Assembly (NCBI GenBank): GCA_965217865.1
Contig: CBDCJO010000002.1
Location: forward strand, 2,528,001-2,592,000
Reading direction: 5' to 3'
Length of the DNA: 64,000 nucleotides
From: Candidatus Latescibacterota bacterium
GTDB taxonomy: Bacteria; Latescibacterota; UBA2968; SICM01
The notes under the pieces are model-generated. The model saw only the letters and a program-made list of their open reading frames with translations, made no database searches and had not been told where the DNA came from. The translations under genes and the position numbers were made by a program. Positions 43,456-55,613 of this stretch are shown one piece after another (within the stretch, counting starts at the first letter, position 1; every line of letters starts with the position of its first letter).

Positions 43456-44460
43456 TCACCTGTTACCCCTCACGAGCTTCCATATGAAAGTCGGAAGCAC
43501 ACCGGGATGGGATCGAAACGCCTTGATAAATAACCGAAAAGCAACATTTCGATTCCAGGGGAGCAACTCCGAGGCGAACCTGACCTGCTGCTGTCCCAGG
43601 ACCCTTCGAAAATTCCTCGAGGCTGTGGCCTCGGGGAATCGCCTTTTGTAAGCTTCCGCCACCCGGTTGAACAAAGCGACATAACGGCTTACGTCCCCCC
43701 GGAGGACACCCAGTCGATATCTGAAGAGCAATTCCATCTCATCTTCAGAAAATACCCGATCGCTAAAAATCCAGGACAAACTCCGCTCCAGAACCTTTCG
43801 AACTTCCGCTTCCCTAGTCGATGACATAGAGGCGGTTTTGGAAGAAGAATGGGCACGATAACCGACCCATCGACCCCTAAGATTCGCAACCGGATAGGCT
43901 GAAACGGCCCTGGACCAAAGGTCATAATCCTCACAGAAGGACAAAGACTCGTCATATCCACCGAGTTCATCCCACATGATATTTTTTCGGAACATGACGG
44001 AGGTGTGGATGAACGGGTTGCCGAAAAGAAGCCCCCAACGAATGCTGACTTGATCCTGACTTCGATCGAACGGAATCAAGATTTCGCCCGTATGATCGAT
44101 CATGGTTCCTTGTGTTCCGAGTAAAACCACATCAGGATGCGATCGCATGTAGCTGACTTGTCCCTCCAAACGTCCGGGATAGGAGATGTCATCCGCATCT
44201 TGTCTGGCAATCAATTCGGTCCGCGCCATTCGGAGCCCCCGATTCAACGTGGGAGTGAGCCCAACGTTCTGCTCCTGATCGACCAGTCGAATACGGGGAT
44301 CGGAATAGGATGTAATGATTTCTCTGGAATGATCGGTGGATCCATCGTTGATGATCAGAAACTCGAAGTCGGTATAGGTCTGATCGAGGACGCTCTCGAT
44401 GGCCTGGCACAGGAAGCGCTCCCCATTGTAAACCGGCATCAAGACGGTCAAGCGGGACAT
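43456..44460 (-). CDS. Glycosyltransferase family 2
   Basis: VLMPVYN, INDGSTD, RQDADD, EDYDLW motifs. Confidence 0.9.
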   Translation of the reverse strand: MSRLTVLMPVYNGERFLCQAIESVLDQTYTDFEFLIINDGSTDHSREIITSYSDPRIRLVDQEQNVGLTPTLNRGLRMARTELIARQDADDISYPGRLEGQVSYMRSHPDVVLLGTQGTMIDHTGEILIPFDRSQDQVSIRWGLLFGNPFIHTSVMFRKNIMWDELGGYDESLSFCEDYDLWSRAVSAYPVANLRGRWVGYRAHSSSKTASMSSTREAEVRKVLERSLSWIFSDRVFSEDEMELLFRYRLGVLRGDVSRYVALFNRVAEAYKRRFPEATASRNFRRVLGQQQVRFASELLPWNRNVAFRLFIKAFRSHPGVLPTFIWKLVRGNR

Positions 44461-44518
44461 ATGGGACACTTCCTTCCGGTCTTTACGCAAGCGAAAATAC
44501 CCTGTGAAAATCTCGGGT

Positions 44519-45226
44519 TCATGAATCCACGGTAAATATCACACGAATGGCCTTTTGAATAGAATTCGGGTATTGATGCTCCACACACCCCCGATACAAA
44601 ACGCGGCCAACGTGCTTTCCGAACAGACTCAGAAGGTGAGTGGGCGACTCGAAATCGAAGAGATCCGCTTCCCCCGTCCGGTATGCGACTGGAACTTCAA
44701 CCGCGACAATACCCCCTTTCCCGGCCACCCTCGCAAACTCCTCCGCAACCCGCTCCGGACATAACGCATGCTCAAACGAGTGTGAACTGAATACCACATC
44801 GAATGATGCGTCTTTGAATTCCATTTCGTGCATGTCCATGATCCTGACATCCTCACTTCTGCTGAACAGATCGATCCCGGTAATGTTTTGAACACCCCGT
44901 TTCCGGAAGTGATCGATCTCGGCATCATTGCGGCAACCGACACAGAGGACGCGACTTTTATGAGACGGGAGATGGTGGATGACGAGATCGATAAACTGAC
45001 GAGCGCGAAGGGGGATGCTCCCGTCGTCTTTGATCAAGGTTCTCCGAAGTTGGGAATCCAGATATCGACGATATCGCCCGTCAAACGGGCCCAATCTTTG
45101 GATCAGCCGGAATCGATGGCGCCGAAAAATCAAAGATCGCACGGTTCGCTGAATTTGGAGCCAAAACCGGGGGGGCAAAAGACCCGCAAGTCGAAAAAAG
45201 ATATTTATGAATACCATCCTGATCAC
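44519..45226 (-). CDS. Class I SAM-dependent methyltransferase
   Basis: VLCVGCR, DMHEM.F...SFDVVFSSHSFEH motifs. Confidence 0.82.
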   Translation of the reverse strand: MIRMVFINIFFRLAGLLPPRFWLQIQRTVRSLIFRRHRFRLIQRLGPFDGRYRRYLDSQLRRTLIKDDGSIPLRARQFIDLVIHHLPSHKSRVLCVGCRNDAEIDHFRKRGVQNITGIDLFSRSEDVRIMDMHEMEFKDASFDVVFSSHSFEHALCPERVAEEFARVAGKGGIVAVEVPVAYRTGEADLFDFESPTHLLSLFGKHVGRVLYRGCVEHQYPNSIQKAIRVIFTVDS

Positions 45227-45823
45227 AGAAAGTCCTCGAAAACCTCCTGATGGCGTTTGAGCCACGGTTTCAAATCGAACCGATCGACCGCCCTTTGGCG
45301 AGCCGCCTCCGAAAATTCCTTTAGACGATCGGCAACTCCTAATACCGCCTGAGCCATGGCTTCCGGATCCGGTGGAATTTCCCTTTCCCAGTTTAACTCA
45401 GACGGGATACCGATTCCGGCATCCTCTCCTACGAGCTCCGGAACACCCCCGCTGTGGGAATATACCACGGGAAGCCCACACGCCATGGCTTCAAGAACAA
45501 GACCCGGAGAGGCGTCATTATACTGAGTGTGCAGAAGCAAATGGGCCTGCTGGAAAATGGAGGGTGCGTCTGATTGAGCATAAGGGCCCACAAACGTTAC
45601 CCTACCTTCCAGGCCCAGCTCCTTCACCAACCTCCCCGCAATTTTGCTTGCCTCCTCCTCATCTCCCAACCATCCCAATCGACCGGTGACGGCTAACCGC
45701 GAATCAGGACGATGTCGTCTCAGAATAGCCAACGTCTTGAGCGCTGTGGAAAACCGGTAATAGTGCTTCTGCCTTCCACCCAGTAGAATAACCAGATCGC
45801 AGGTGTCTGATCTTTTTGCCCTA

Positions 45824-47351
45824 GCAGCCTGTTGAAAAAGTGCGTTTATGCCAAGATGACTGTTGTCTTTCCTTGTGGTTTGGTCCTATGATATATCAGG
45901 TTCAAACTGAGAAGGGAGGACGAGCAAATGGCAATGGGAAAACGAGGCCGACAGAGACAGGAAAACCTGTTCATCGCATCGAACACTTTGGTGAAATCTC
46001 CGGGTCATCCGTTCTACGAGAAGCTGAATCAGGTATTGGGGGCGAACGGCTTCGACGAGTTCGTCGAGGGGCTTTGCCAGCGGTATTACGCTCCTCATAT
46101 GGGTCGCAAGGGCATTCCGCCCGGGGTTTATTTTCGGATGCTTTTGATTGGGTATTTCGAGGGACTTGATTCGGAACGTGGGATCGAATGGCGTGTATCT
46201 GACTCGCTGACGTTGCGCCGGTTTTTGGGGTATGCCCTTGACGAACAGACCCCGGATCATTCCAGCCTGTCTCGCATCCGGCATCGGCTTCCCTTGGAAG
46301 TTCACGAAGCGGTTTTCAAGTGGATCCTGAGGGTCTTGTGCAAAGCGGGTCTGGTGAAGGGGAAGACGTTGGGCGTGGATGCTACGACACTGGAGGCCAA
46401 CGCCGCGATGCGCAGCATTGTACGCCGTGACACGGGTGAAGGCTACCAGGCATTCCTTGAGAATCTGGCCAAGGCCTCGGGCATTGAAACGCCTACCCGC
46501 GAGGACTTGTCCAAGATCGATAAGAAGCGACCGAAGAAGGGATCGAACCAGGACTGGGAGCACCCGCACGACCCGGATGCCAAGATCGCTAAGATGAAGG
46601 ACGGTCGCACGCACATGGCGCACAAGGTGGAGCACGCGGTGGATCTGGACACCAATGCCATTGTGGCAGTGGCGTTGTCGGGAGCAGATGAAGGAGATAC
46701 CGAGTCGTTGCCCTGGACGCTGCTCGAGGCGCAGCTCAATCTCAAGCAGGTCGCGAAGGACGAAAAAGCTGCCAAACGTTTGCACAGACAGCGTATACGG
46801 GAGGTGGTTGCGGACAAAGGATATCATAGCAACGATGTATTGACCAGTCTGAAGCAAGGCGGCATCCGGAGTTACATTTCAGAACCGGATCGGGGACGCC
46901 GCAAGTGGAACGGCCGACGAGATGAGCAGGCCGCGGTATATGCGAATCGACGCCGGATCAAGGGAGATCGCGGCAAGGCCTTGCGCCGAAGTCGTGCAGA
47001 ACGGGTGGAAAGAACCATCGCTCACACATATGATACCGGTGGCATGCGCAGGTTGCACTTGAGAGACCGCGGCAATATCCTCAAGCGTTTGCTGATCCAC
47101 ATCGGGGGCTGCAACCTGGCTCTGCTCATGCGCAAAGTGATGGGCGTAGGTACTCCGAAGGCCCTCCAGGACCTGGCCAAGGCCTTGCAGCGTCTACTGC
47201 TCGTCCTACAATCACGTTTGCTGCCCTCGGTCACCTTTTTAACCTCTTATCAGCGTCTCCTGCTCAATCTCCTTACCTTGATTTATCTGACCCGCACTCC
47301 AGGCGTCTTTTCCGTTTATGTGCGTTGAAAGGTAGTTCTTCAACGGGCTGC
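45824..47351 (+). mobile_element. IS5/IS1182-type insertion sequence, copy 1
   Basis: IRs GCAGCCTGTTGAAAAA / TTCTTCAACGGGCTGC; TA duplication within CTAG. Confidence 0.92.
45928..47328 (+). CDS. DDE transposase (DUF772 + DDE)
   Basis: TPDHSSLSR, VDAT, ADKGY, VER motifs. Confidence 0.93.
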   Translation: MAMGKRGRQRQENLFIASNTLVKSPGHPFYEKLNQVLGANGFDEFVEGLCQRYYAPHMGRKGIPPGVYFRMLLIGYFEGLDSERGIEWRVSDSLTLRRFLGYALDEQTPDHSSLSRIRHRLPLEVHEAVFKWILRVLCKAGLVKGKTLGVDATTLEANAAMRSIVRRDTGEGYQAFLENLAKASGIETPTREDLSKIDKKRPKKGSNQDWEHPHDPDAKIAKMKDGRTHMAHKVEHAVDLDTNAIVAVALSGADEGDTESLPWTLLEAQLNLKQVAKDEKAAKRLHRQRIREVVADKGYHSNDVLTSLKQGGIRSYISEPDRGRRKWNGRRDEQAAVYANRRRIKGDRGKALRRSRAERVERTIAHTYDTGGMRRLHLRDRGNILKRLLIHIGGCNLALLMRKVMGVGTPKALQDLAKALQRLLLVLQSRLLPSVTFLTSYQRLLLNLLTLIYLTRTPGVFSVYVR

Positions 47352-47911
47352 TAGGTGTGAATACGGTCGTATCGACGGCATTATACAATATTTCCCACCC
47401 CCCTTCGCGCTTACCCAGGAAAAGATCGGCGCTCCGTTTGCAGAATTCACTCTGATAAAAAACATAATCGGCCTCGTGCAGAATGCGGGCCATCGGCGCA
47501 TTTGTGCGTTCCCACCCCGGACCGTGTCAGGCGGGATATGCGACTCCATTTTGGTTAAGGGCGATGCGCGCACCCTTCTTGCGGGCGAACCACGCCAACA
47601 TCGTGGCCTTATAGGGCATCCTGCTGCTGACCATATAGAGGATGTTAAAATTTCGGGGGGAGTTGGGATAGTCGGCCTGCATCCGTTGAAACTTTACCAG
47701 GCCTCCAGATGCCTCTTCTCCGGGTGTGGGGATATCATCAAATCCGTAATAGACGCGGGCATTCCCTTTGGGGAGAGTCCTGAAAAATATGCCCAACCCT
47801 CGTTTGAAAACCCATATCGTCCCCAGGAGTCTCATGAAACAGATAAGTCCCGGCCCCAAAAACCATCGTTTTAGAGATGAAAACATATCCATTCCCGGGC
47901 AACCCTGAAAT

Positions 47912-50900
47912 TTATGATATCGCGTGAATCACGCCCAAATAAATTCGGGCGATGTCCTCGATGTTTGGAACGACAATCAAGCTTTGATAGAACTCGTATT
48001 TCTCCCCAATCCGGTCCAATTGCGCGGGAATTTCATCCCTTTCCCGAAAAGGCAGGCCTCCAAATCCGGTCAGCTCGGGGTGCCCTCCATCGTCCAAATA
48101 CAAAGCCGGCAAACCGCACGCCTGGGCTTCCAGAAGTGCGTTTGAACACGGATCCTTTTGACTTGCGGTGATGTAGATATCGTGCTCACGCAATAGCGCT
48201 GCGAGTTTTTCTGATGTTACGGGTGGCACGTGACGAATTCGCTCAAATGACTGTTGTGATCTTCCTGCGAAGGTATACTCGAATCGATCCCAATCCAGAT
48301 GCCCTTCCAACCATTTATAGATGTCTCCTCCTTTGCCGGGGTTATCGGACCAGGCGGTGGAGATCAATCGAATTTTTCGCCGGTGATCGAAAGTGACACG
48401 GCCCCTCCCATGGAAAATTCCTCCATCGACAGCATTTTTTATGATGACCGGTTTTACAGGGTCGAATCCCATCTGACGGAGTTGCCGGTAACACCACGCG
48501 GACTGGAGGGCGGTTGCAGTCGCAAATTGAGCGTTGAGCTCGAAGACTTGCTCGTCGATCCCGCGGTCCGATCCGCGATACAGAGAAACGGGTCCGTCTA
48601 TGCGATGAATCATTCGAAAATTCCCCCGCCTGGAAGCCCTCTTAAACTTTTCAACATCAAACCAGGTGGCATTACAGATATGGACATCGATTTCATCCCC
48701 GACCCGGTTTCGATAGACTTTGGCCCCAAGCCGGGTCAATGCACTGTTCAGGGCAAGCATAAATTGATTTCCACCCCCGTACGGGGGTTTATGAAACTCG
48801 TGCCACAGGCTAATGAACAGTTGGGGAATTGACTGAGCGGACCCTCGCCTTAAAACGAATCGCTGCCCCGCCCGTCGAATCAAAGCTCCCACCCACCATC
48901 GATTTCGCACAGTCGGCCGATTTTCGACCGACCCCGATCCGGGAGGACGGTAAACAGGGAGTTCGGAGATTCCTTCGTAAAGATTCCGAAATAGCGGGAT
49001 GTTGGCCTCCGGTGTATGGCTTCGCCCGATCCTGTCGTAATGGAAATCGAGAGTGGTGTGTAGGAAAGGATGGGACATTTCTCGCTCAATAAGCGCGATC
49101 CCTTGGTCCAGGTTGGAAAAAAGACAGGCGGGTTCCAGAATATCAGACGCCAATCCCACAGGTGTGCTGATGATCTTGCAGCGTGTCGACGCAGCCTCTA
49201 AAACCGCTCTAGGGCCTCCCTCCCACCGACTGGTGACAAGGTGCAAATCCTGGACCTGATATAACAAATTCACCGTCTTCCGGTCCAGAATATTGATATG
49301 ATTGTCGTCCCCCTCGATCGTCTTCCCGAAGAATGAAAAAGGGATATCGTGTGCGGCCAACCGGTGTCGAAGCCAATGCCGGCGTGGACCGGCGAGCAGG
49401 ATATGGATAGGCAGGTTTTTTTGCCACAAGGCCCGAACGATCGCCAGAAACAGGTCCGGCCCTTTTTGCACCTTCGGTCGGTCCAGATCCATCCCCAGAG
49501 AATCCCTCATAAAATTGCCGATCACATACCGCCCCTCGGGAATCCCCAACCGATTTCTAAGGGTAGCGATCGATTCCTCATCTATATGATCCCCCCCGAA
49601 AATCTCCGTATTAACGGCATAGCAGCCCGTTGAAGAACTACCTTTCAACGCACATAAACGGAAAAGACGCCTGGAGTGCGGGTCAGATAAATCAAGGTAA
49701 GGAGATTGAGCAGGAGACGCTGATAAGAGGTTAAAAAGGTGACCGAGGGCAGCAAACGTGATTGTAGGACGAGCAGTAGACGCTGCAAGGCCTTGGCCAG
49801 GTCCTGGAGGGCCTTCGGAGTACCTACGCCCATCACTTTGCGCATGAGCAGAGCCAGGTTGCAGCCCCCGATGTGGATCAGCAAACGCTTGAGGATATTG
49901 CCGCGGTCTCTCAAGTGCAACCTGCGCATGCCACCGGTATCATATGTGTGAGCGATGGTTCTTTCCACCCGTTCTGCACGACTTCGGCGCAAGGCCTTGC
50001 CGCGATCTCCCTTGATCCGGCGTCGATTCGCATATACCGCGGCCTGCTCATCTCGTCGGCCGTTCCACTTGCGGCGTCCCCGATCCGGTTCTGAAATGTA
50101 ACTCCGGATGCCGCCTTGCTTCAGACTGGTCAATACATCGTTGCTATGATATCCTTTGTCCGCAACCACCTCCCGTATACGCTGTCTGTGCAAACGTTTG
50201 GCAGCTTTTTCGTCCTTCGCGACCTGCTTGAGATTGAGCTGCGCCTCGAGCAGCGTCCAGGGCAACGACTCGGTATCTCCTTCATCTGCTCCCGACAACG
50301 CCACTGCCACAATGGCATTGGTGTCCAGATCCACCGCGTGCTCCACCTTGTGCGCCATGTGCGTGCGACCGTCCTTCATCTTAGCGATCTTGGCATCCGG
50401 GTCGTGCGGGTGCTCCCAGTCCTGGTTCGATCCCTTCTTCGGTCGCTTCTTATCGATCTTGGACAAGTCCTCGCGGGTAGGCGTTTCAATGCCCGAGGCC
50501 TTGGCCAGATTCTCAAGGAATGCCTGGTAGCCTTCACCCGTGTCACGGCGTACAATGCTGCGCATCGCGGCGTTGGCCTCCAGTGTCGTAGCATCCACGC
50601 CCAACGTCTTCCCCTTCACCAGACCCGCTTTGCACAAGACCCTCAGGATCCACTTGAAAACCGCTTCGTGAACTTCCAAGGGAAGCCGATGCCGGATGCG
50701 AGACAGGCTGGAATGATCCGGGGTCTGTTCGTCAAGGGCATACCCCAAAAACCGGCGCAACGTCAGCGAGTCAGATACACGCCATTCGATCCCACGTTCC
50801 GAATCAAGTCCCTCGAAATACCCAATCAAAAGCATCCGAAAATAAACCCCGGCGGAATGCCCTTGCGACCCATATGAGGAGCGTAATACCGCTGGCAAAG

Positions 50901-51507
50901 CCCCTCGACGAACTCGTCGAAGCCGTTCGCCCCCAATACCTGATTCAGCTTCTCGTAGAACGGATGACCCGGAGATTTCACCAAAGTGTTCGATGCGATG
51001 AACAGGTTTTCCTGTCTCTGTCGGCCTCGTTTTCCCATTGCCATTTGCTCGTCCTCCCTTCTCAGTTTGAACCTGATATATCATAGGACCAAACCACAAG
51101 GAAAGACAACAGTCATCTTGGCATAAACGCACTTTTTCAACAGGCTGCTAGGAGACGTTCACCGCCGGAATACCCAGTCCGACCATCTCACGAAAGGCAT
51201 TCCGGCTTTGGGCAACCCACACGCCGACGATTTGCTTGGTCCTGAGCACGGAAGGTTGCTCAAACAGCCAGACGGGGTCGTTGTTGACGTGGCACACGAT
51301 CCGTTTGCCCGCTAGGTGGTTTTCTTTCGCTGAAACCAGAGGCAGCTCCCAGACCGAGTGGATCACATCGCAACTTTCGATATCTTCCGTCAACTCGATC
51401 CGGTCGGAAAGGCCATTCAACGATTTCCGGGTCTGAGCCAGGTCATCGTCCAAAGCCCAGTTGGAATGATCTCCCCCTGTAAGAAAAACGCGGCAGGGAT
51501 ATCTCAT
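47912..51507 (-). pseudogene. Double-domain GT4 split by IS copy 2 (51149-51507 plus 47912-49621)
   Basis: Removing the IS restores ...AVNVSYAVNTEIF...; EGGPRAVLEA and SNALLEAQACGLP motifs. Confidence 0.88.
49622..51148 (-). mobile_element. IS5/IS1182-type insertion sequence, copy 2 (inverted; 1-nt deletion near 50851 in the transposase)
   Basis: Reverse complement of copy 1 with the same IRs; TA duplication. Confidence 0.92.
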
Positions 51508-52256
51508 CTTCGATCTTCGTCCTTGACGAATACCATCTCAAACCCCAATGTGTGACCCCTGAATATTTCACCGGATGTTTTCGCGTCCAACCACATCAAG
51601 AGGGCGATCAGCGGAGGATAGAAAAAAAGGAGGCTTCTTCGGCACCACCAGCCGATGACCCCCCCGGTATATCCCCACTGCCATACCTTAAGGAGGTTAG
51701 CGATTAATGCATAAAACCCACCTTGTGATCGGATCTCACCGACAGAGAATCCTGCTTCTCGGGCCGCCCAAAGCCAGGACTGATCCGTATAACGGCCATA
51801 ATCCTTCGGATCCCCGTGGATATGAAACATAAAAGGGGCCGTGACAACGGCCTTCCCGCCAACCTTCAACACCCGGAGGGCCTGTTTGAGAACGGTGATT
51901 GGATCCCGCACGTGCTCCAGGAGTTCACTCAAGATGACCGCATCGTATGACCCGGTCTTGACCGGAATATAAAAGGCATCGCAGACATAATCCGGCTCGG
52001 TTTGACGGTCGATATTTGCGTAATCAACTTGGAACGAAAAGGCTTCGATATCGAAGACCCCCCGTTTGTTCCTCCTCTTCCCGCCCAGATCCAGGATTTT
52101 GCTTTCTGAGGGAAATCGATCCACCTGTTCGAAATGAAAGGAATCGACATAAAAGCGGCGGACTGAGTACCCAGGATGATGAAGCAGCCTTTTTTTGAGG
52201 CTCCCGGGCAACCGGTTCGAATTTTCAGGTGCCATATCCGTTAATATTGAATGCAT
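51504..52256 (-). CDS. Class I SAM-dependent methyltransferase
   Basis: ILDLGG, YDAVILSELLEHV, HGDPKDYGRYT motifs. Confidence 0.85.
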   Translation of the reverse strand: MHSILTDMAPENSNRLPGSLKKRLLHHPGYSVRRFYVDSFHFEQVDRFPSESKILDLGGKRRNKRGVFDIEAFSFQVDYANIDRQTEPDYVCDAFYIPVKTGSYDAVILSELLEHVRDPITVLKQALRVLKVGGKAVVTAPFMFHIHGDPKDYGRYTDQSWLWAAREAGFSVGEIRSQGGFYALIANLLKVWQWGYTGGVIGWWCRRSLLFFYPPLIALLMWLDAKTSGEIFRGHTLGFEMVFVKDEDRR

Positions 52257-52573
52257 ATCCTTCTAAAGATAAAAATCTTACGCGATGCGGGATCGTTAAA
52301 TTCAACAAACCAACCTCGTGTGTCAAGCTCAAAACAAATCAACCCCCATCGAAAAGAATGGCTACAACTTATTTATATAATCTTATTTAAACGCATAACA
52401 ACAGAGCCCAGCCCCTATATTATATTATTATAATACAATATTTTTTAGAAAAAATATATTCTTCTGTGGCCTTAAACTTTTCGGGGGCATCCATCAATCG
52501 AAGGATGGACCCGTCAATTCCATGGCTGGAAATCCGGTTCTCCGGGTTTCGAGTTCCACAGCTTTATTCTTGA

Positions 52574-53962
52574 CTAAAGGGAAACGGCAAATTCTCTTAA
52601 AGGTTCCGCGTTTTCGGAATCGGATCGGAGTGCCGGAAAACGAAGCATAAACTTTGTACCCACACCCATTCGGCTTTCAACCTTGATGGTCCCGTTATGC
52701 TCCTCAATAATCCCTCTACAGATCGTCAACCCCAGCCCGGTCCCGTCCCCGTCCCCTTCAGATCTGCTCGTGAAAAAGGCATCGAATATCTTGCCCAGAC
52801 TCTCATCAGGGATTCCACACCCCGTGTCCGAAACCGTCACCAGGATCCCATCCCCATCCATTTCCGCGGATACCTGGAGACGACCCCCATCACCATCCAC
52901 CGCATGAGAAGCATTCTGAATCAGGTTTAAAAATACCTGTTGTAGTCGGTTGGCATTCCCCAGGATCTGGGGAAGGTCTGAATCCAGGTCCGCGACCACG
53001 CGAATGTTTCGCGCGATCAGATATTTTTCGATCAGGCCGATCGCCCCGTCGATCGGCAGTTTGATATCGATAGGCCTTTGAGAGGGATCGCTCTTCTTGG
53101 AATAGTTCCTCATCTCCTGAAGAAGATCCCGTATGCCTTCCGCTGCCCGCAATATATTCTCGTAAGAACTTCGCCGGTCAGGGTCTAAATCGGACTCCTC
53201 AGACAACCGGGCGGTCCCGATAATCGCGGCGAGGAAGTTCGAAATTTCATGAGTCGCAGTTCCCACCACAAAACTCAAAGATGCCATCTTATCCGCGTGA
53301 ACAAGCTTTTCCCGGTATTGCTCCAGCATTCGTTCCGCTTCTGATAATGTCTCGAACTGAACCTGGTTGTGATTGTTCAGGAAGGCACTCGAGAGCGTGC
53401 TGGCCACATAAGAGCCCAAAGCCGATGCGAGCTTGATTTCGGGTGTGAAAAATTCGCCGCCGAATTTTTGGTCGCACACGATCATCACCCCAAGGGTCCG
53501 TTCGGGCGCAACCATCGGGATGCACACAAGGTAATTTACCGGAAACGGAAACCTGATGGAATTCTCAGATGCCAGATAATGTGCGGCCAGAGCTTTTCGA
53601 TTTCGCAGCGACCTTCCGATGATGCCTACCTCGGGAAGAATTCGAAATCCCCAGGCCATGTCGGCATAGACCCCGGCGGCGGACTTGACATAGAGTTCTC
53701 CGGTGGTCTGGTCTGAAAGGAGGAGAAGGGCCGTGGATGCCTCCAGCGCATCTCGGGCCTCTTCTACGGCAATTCGACAGATCCGTTGAACGTCCCTTTC
53801 CCCTCCTAACCTTTCCATGAGCGAATACAGGACGGACTGGTCCCTGTAACAACGTTCCACCTCGTTCACTGCAGCCGCGATATCCTTTTCCCCGTCCCTC
53901 CAGTCCTTCCAGTTGGTCACCTCCAGGACTGAAGTGCTTCCTTCTTCGACTTTCCGGATCAT
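52574..53962 (-). CDS. GAF-domain sensor histidine kinase (cytoplasmic)
   Basis: HEISN H-box, QVFLNLIQNA, DTGCGI, GTGLGL. Confidence 0.92.
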   Translation of the reverse strand: MIRKVEEGSTSVLEVTNWKDWRDGEKDIAAAVNEVERCYRDQSVLYSLMERLGGERDVQRICRIAVEEARDALEASTALLLLSDQTTGELYVKSAAGVYADMAWGFRILPEVGIIGRSLRNRKALAAHYLASENSIRFPFPVNYLVCIPMVAPERTLGVMIVCDQKFGGEFFTPEIKLASALGSYVASTLSSAFLNNHNQVQFETLSEAERMLEQYREKLVHADKMASLSFVVGTATHEISNFLAAIIGTARLSEESDLDPDRRSSYENILRAAEGIRDLLQEMRNYSKKSDPSQRPIDIKLPIDGAIGLIEKYLIARNIRVVADLDSDLPQILGNANRLQQVFLNLIQNASHAVDGDGGRLQVSAEMDGDGILVTVSDTGCGIPDESLGKIFDAFFTSRSEGDGDGTGLGLTICRGIIEEHNGTIKVESRMGVGTKFMLRFPALRSDSENAEPLREFAVSL

Positions 53963-54327
53963 AACAGCATCTCCTCTACCAAGGCCATCAGAGAATCGAT
54001 ATGAAAGGGTTTTGTGATGTAACGTTCGACCCCTGCCTTAATAGCAACCTCCTCGTCGTCCTCCTGCCCTTTACACGTCAGCATCAGAATGGGGATGTGA
54101 GCCAGTTCGGGATCACCTTTGAACTGTCTGGTCGCCTCGATCCCGTCCATGCGCGGCATCAACCAGTCCATCAGGACCAGAGAAGGCCTTTGCTGGCGAG
54201 CGACTTCGAGACTCTCCAACCCGTTCGAGGCCGAACCGACCGTGTAACCCGCACGGATTAGCTTGGCCGTGAGCATCCGAACGATGAATGTGTTATCATC
54301 TACAACCAGGACGTTCTTAGAGACCAT
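53959..54327 (-). CDS. Single-domain response regulator
   Basis: VLVVDD, LMDWLMP.MDG, LT, KPF. Confidence 0.93.
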   Translation of the reverse strand: MVSKNVLVVDDNTFIVRMLTAKLIRAGYTVGSASNGLESLEVARQQRPSLVLMDWLMPRMDGIEATRQFKGDPELAHIPILMLTCKGQEDDEEVAIKAGVERYITKPFHIDSLMALVEEMLL

Positions 54328-54350
54328 AAGCCTTCAGGGGGACAACACGT

Positions 54351-55613
54351 TTATTCGCTTTTCAACACCGATGGCGATCTGGAAATTCGAAATGGGTATC
54401 TCCGATGGCAGCGGGTTGGAAAAAACATCCCCGGCGGTTGTGGAGGAAGACACGTCTGAGCGGGAGTCGGGAACCCCGGAGGAACAACCTCATCTCGCCA
54501 TCCGCCCCCTATCCGCTTAAGGTAGGTCTCTAATTTTACCGCCACCATCTCCTGTTCAAAATGCTGCTGTATCCTCAGACGGCCTGCGTCTCCCATTCTC
54601 TCCCCCGCACGGGTATCAAATAACAACCTCAAAAGAGACTGCCCCAGGGCACCCTCGTCTCCCGATGGGACAAGCAGTCCCGTTTGCCCGTGAAGGACCA
54701 ATTCGGGAACCCCCCCCACCTGGGTTGCCACCACAGGTTTGGCCATTGCCATCGCCTCAAGCACCGCATTGGGCGACCCCTCCATGGCGGAGGGATGTAC
54801 AAACAGGTCGATGGCTGAGAGGATCTCCGGAATGTCTTTCCGATATCCTAAAAATCTCACCCGATCCGAGATTTTAAGGTCTCTGGAGAGGGCTTTGAGT
54901 TGCTCCAAATCTTCTCCATCCCCCACGATCGCCAGGAAGGCTTCCTGGAAGATTTCAAACACCTTCGCGGCCGTCCGGAGAAGGAGCGGATAGTTCTTAA
55001 CCGGGGTCAACCTGCCAACTGCCCCAATCAATTGGAACCGCTCCGGGACTCCCAATGCCCGCCGCATCCTCCCCCGTTGGATGTGGCGGGCCGGATCCAG
55101 AATCTGGGTGTCCACTCCATTCGGCAACACCTCTACCCGTCCCCTGGAAATCTCCGGGAACCGATTCAGAATTTGACACTTCAGGAAATCCGAGTTAACA
55201 AGCGTACCCCTTACGACATCCTCCATGCCGTACCCAAGATGGGCCGATGATATTCCGGACCAGGGAGATGCACCCACCCTCAGCAGGACCGCCCCCTTTC
55301 CCACCCTGCGAATAATACCTGCAAGAAGGGCGGACTCTGTCCGGTTTCCCATTACTGTGCAAACGACGGCATCGATTGAATATTCCTTGAAGAATCGTTC
55401 TGCCTCCCACATCAGGTGTGCGTTGAAAGCCGGCTCGAAGAAATAATCGAAATGTGCAAACCCACTTGTCTGAGCTTGCTCCTGGGTTCACGACCCGCTC
55501 GGACAGGCAAACGTCACAGTGTGTCCCCGGTCCCGCAAACACTCCGCGGTTCCTATCGCCCAAGTCTCTCCTCCGCCTCCCTCAAGCGTATCGTTCCAAA
55601 ACAGGATGTTCAT
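54351..55613 (-). pseudogene. GT4 glycosyltransferase with in-frame TGA at 55488-55490
   Basis: MNILFWN...GGGETW...GHTVTFACPSGS*TQEQAQ... continues in frame to EGSPNAVLEAMAMAKPVVAT; true C-terminus uncertain. Confidence 0.8.

Larger units (their letters stand above)
45223..47892 (-). pseudogene. GT4 split by IS copy 1 and carrying an in-frame TGA (47527-47529)
   Basis: Removing the IS restores ...VDTTVFTPRAKRSDT...; VAYPA*HGPGWE; VLEAMACGLPVV motif. Confidence 0.88.

Noticed and set aside
45824-51148. Composite transposon formed by the two inverted IS copies
   Set aside because: Each copy has its own target duplication and interrupts a different gene that is restored on removal
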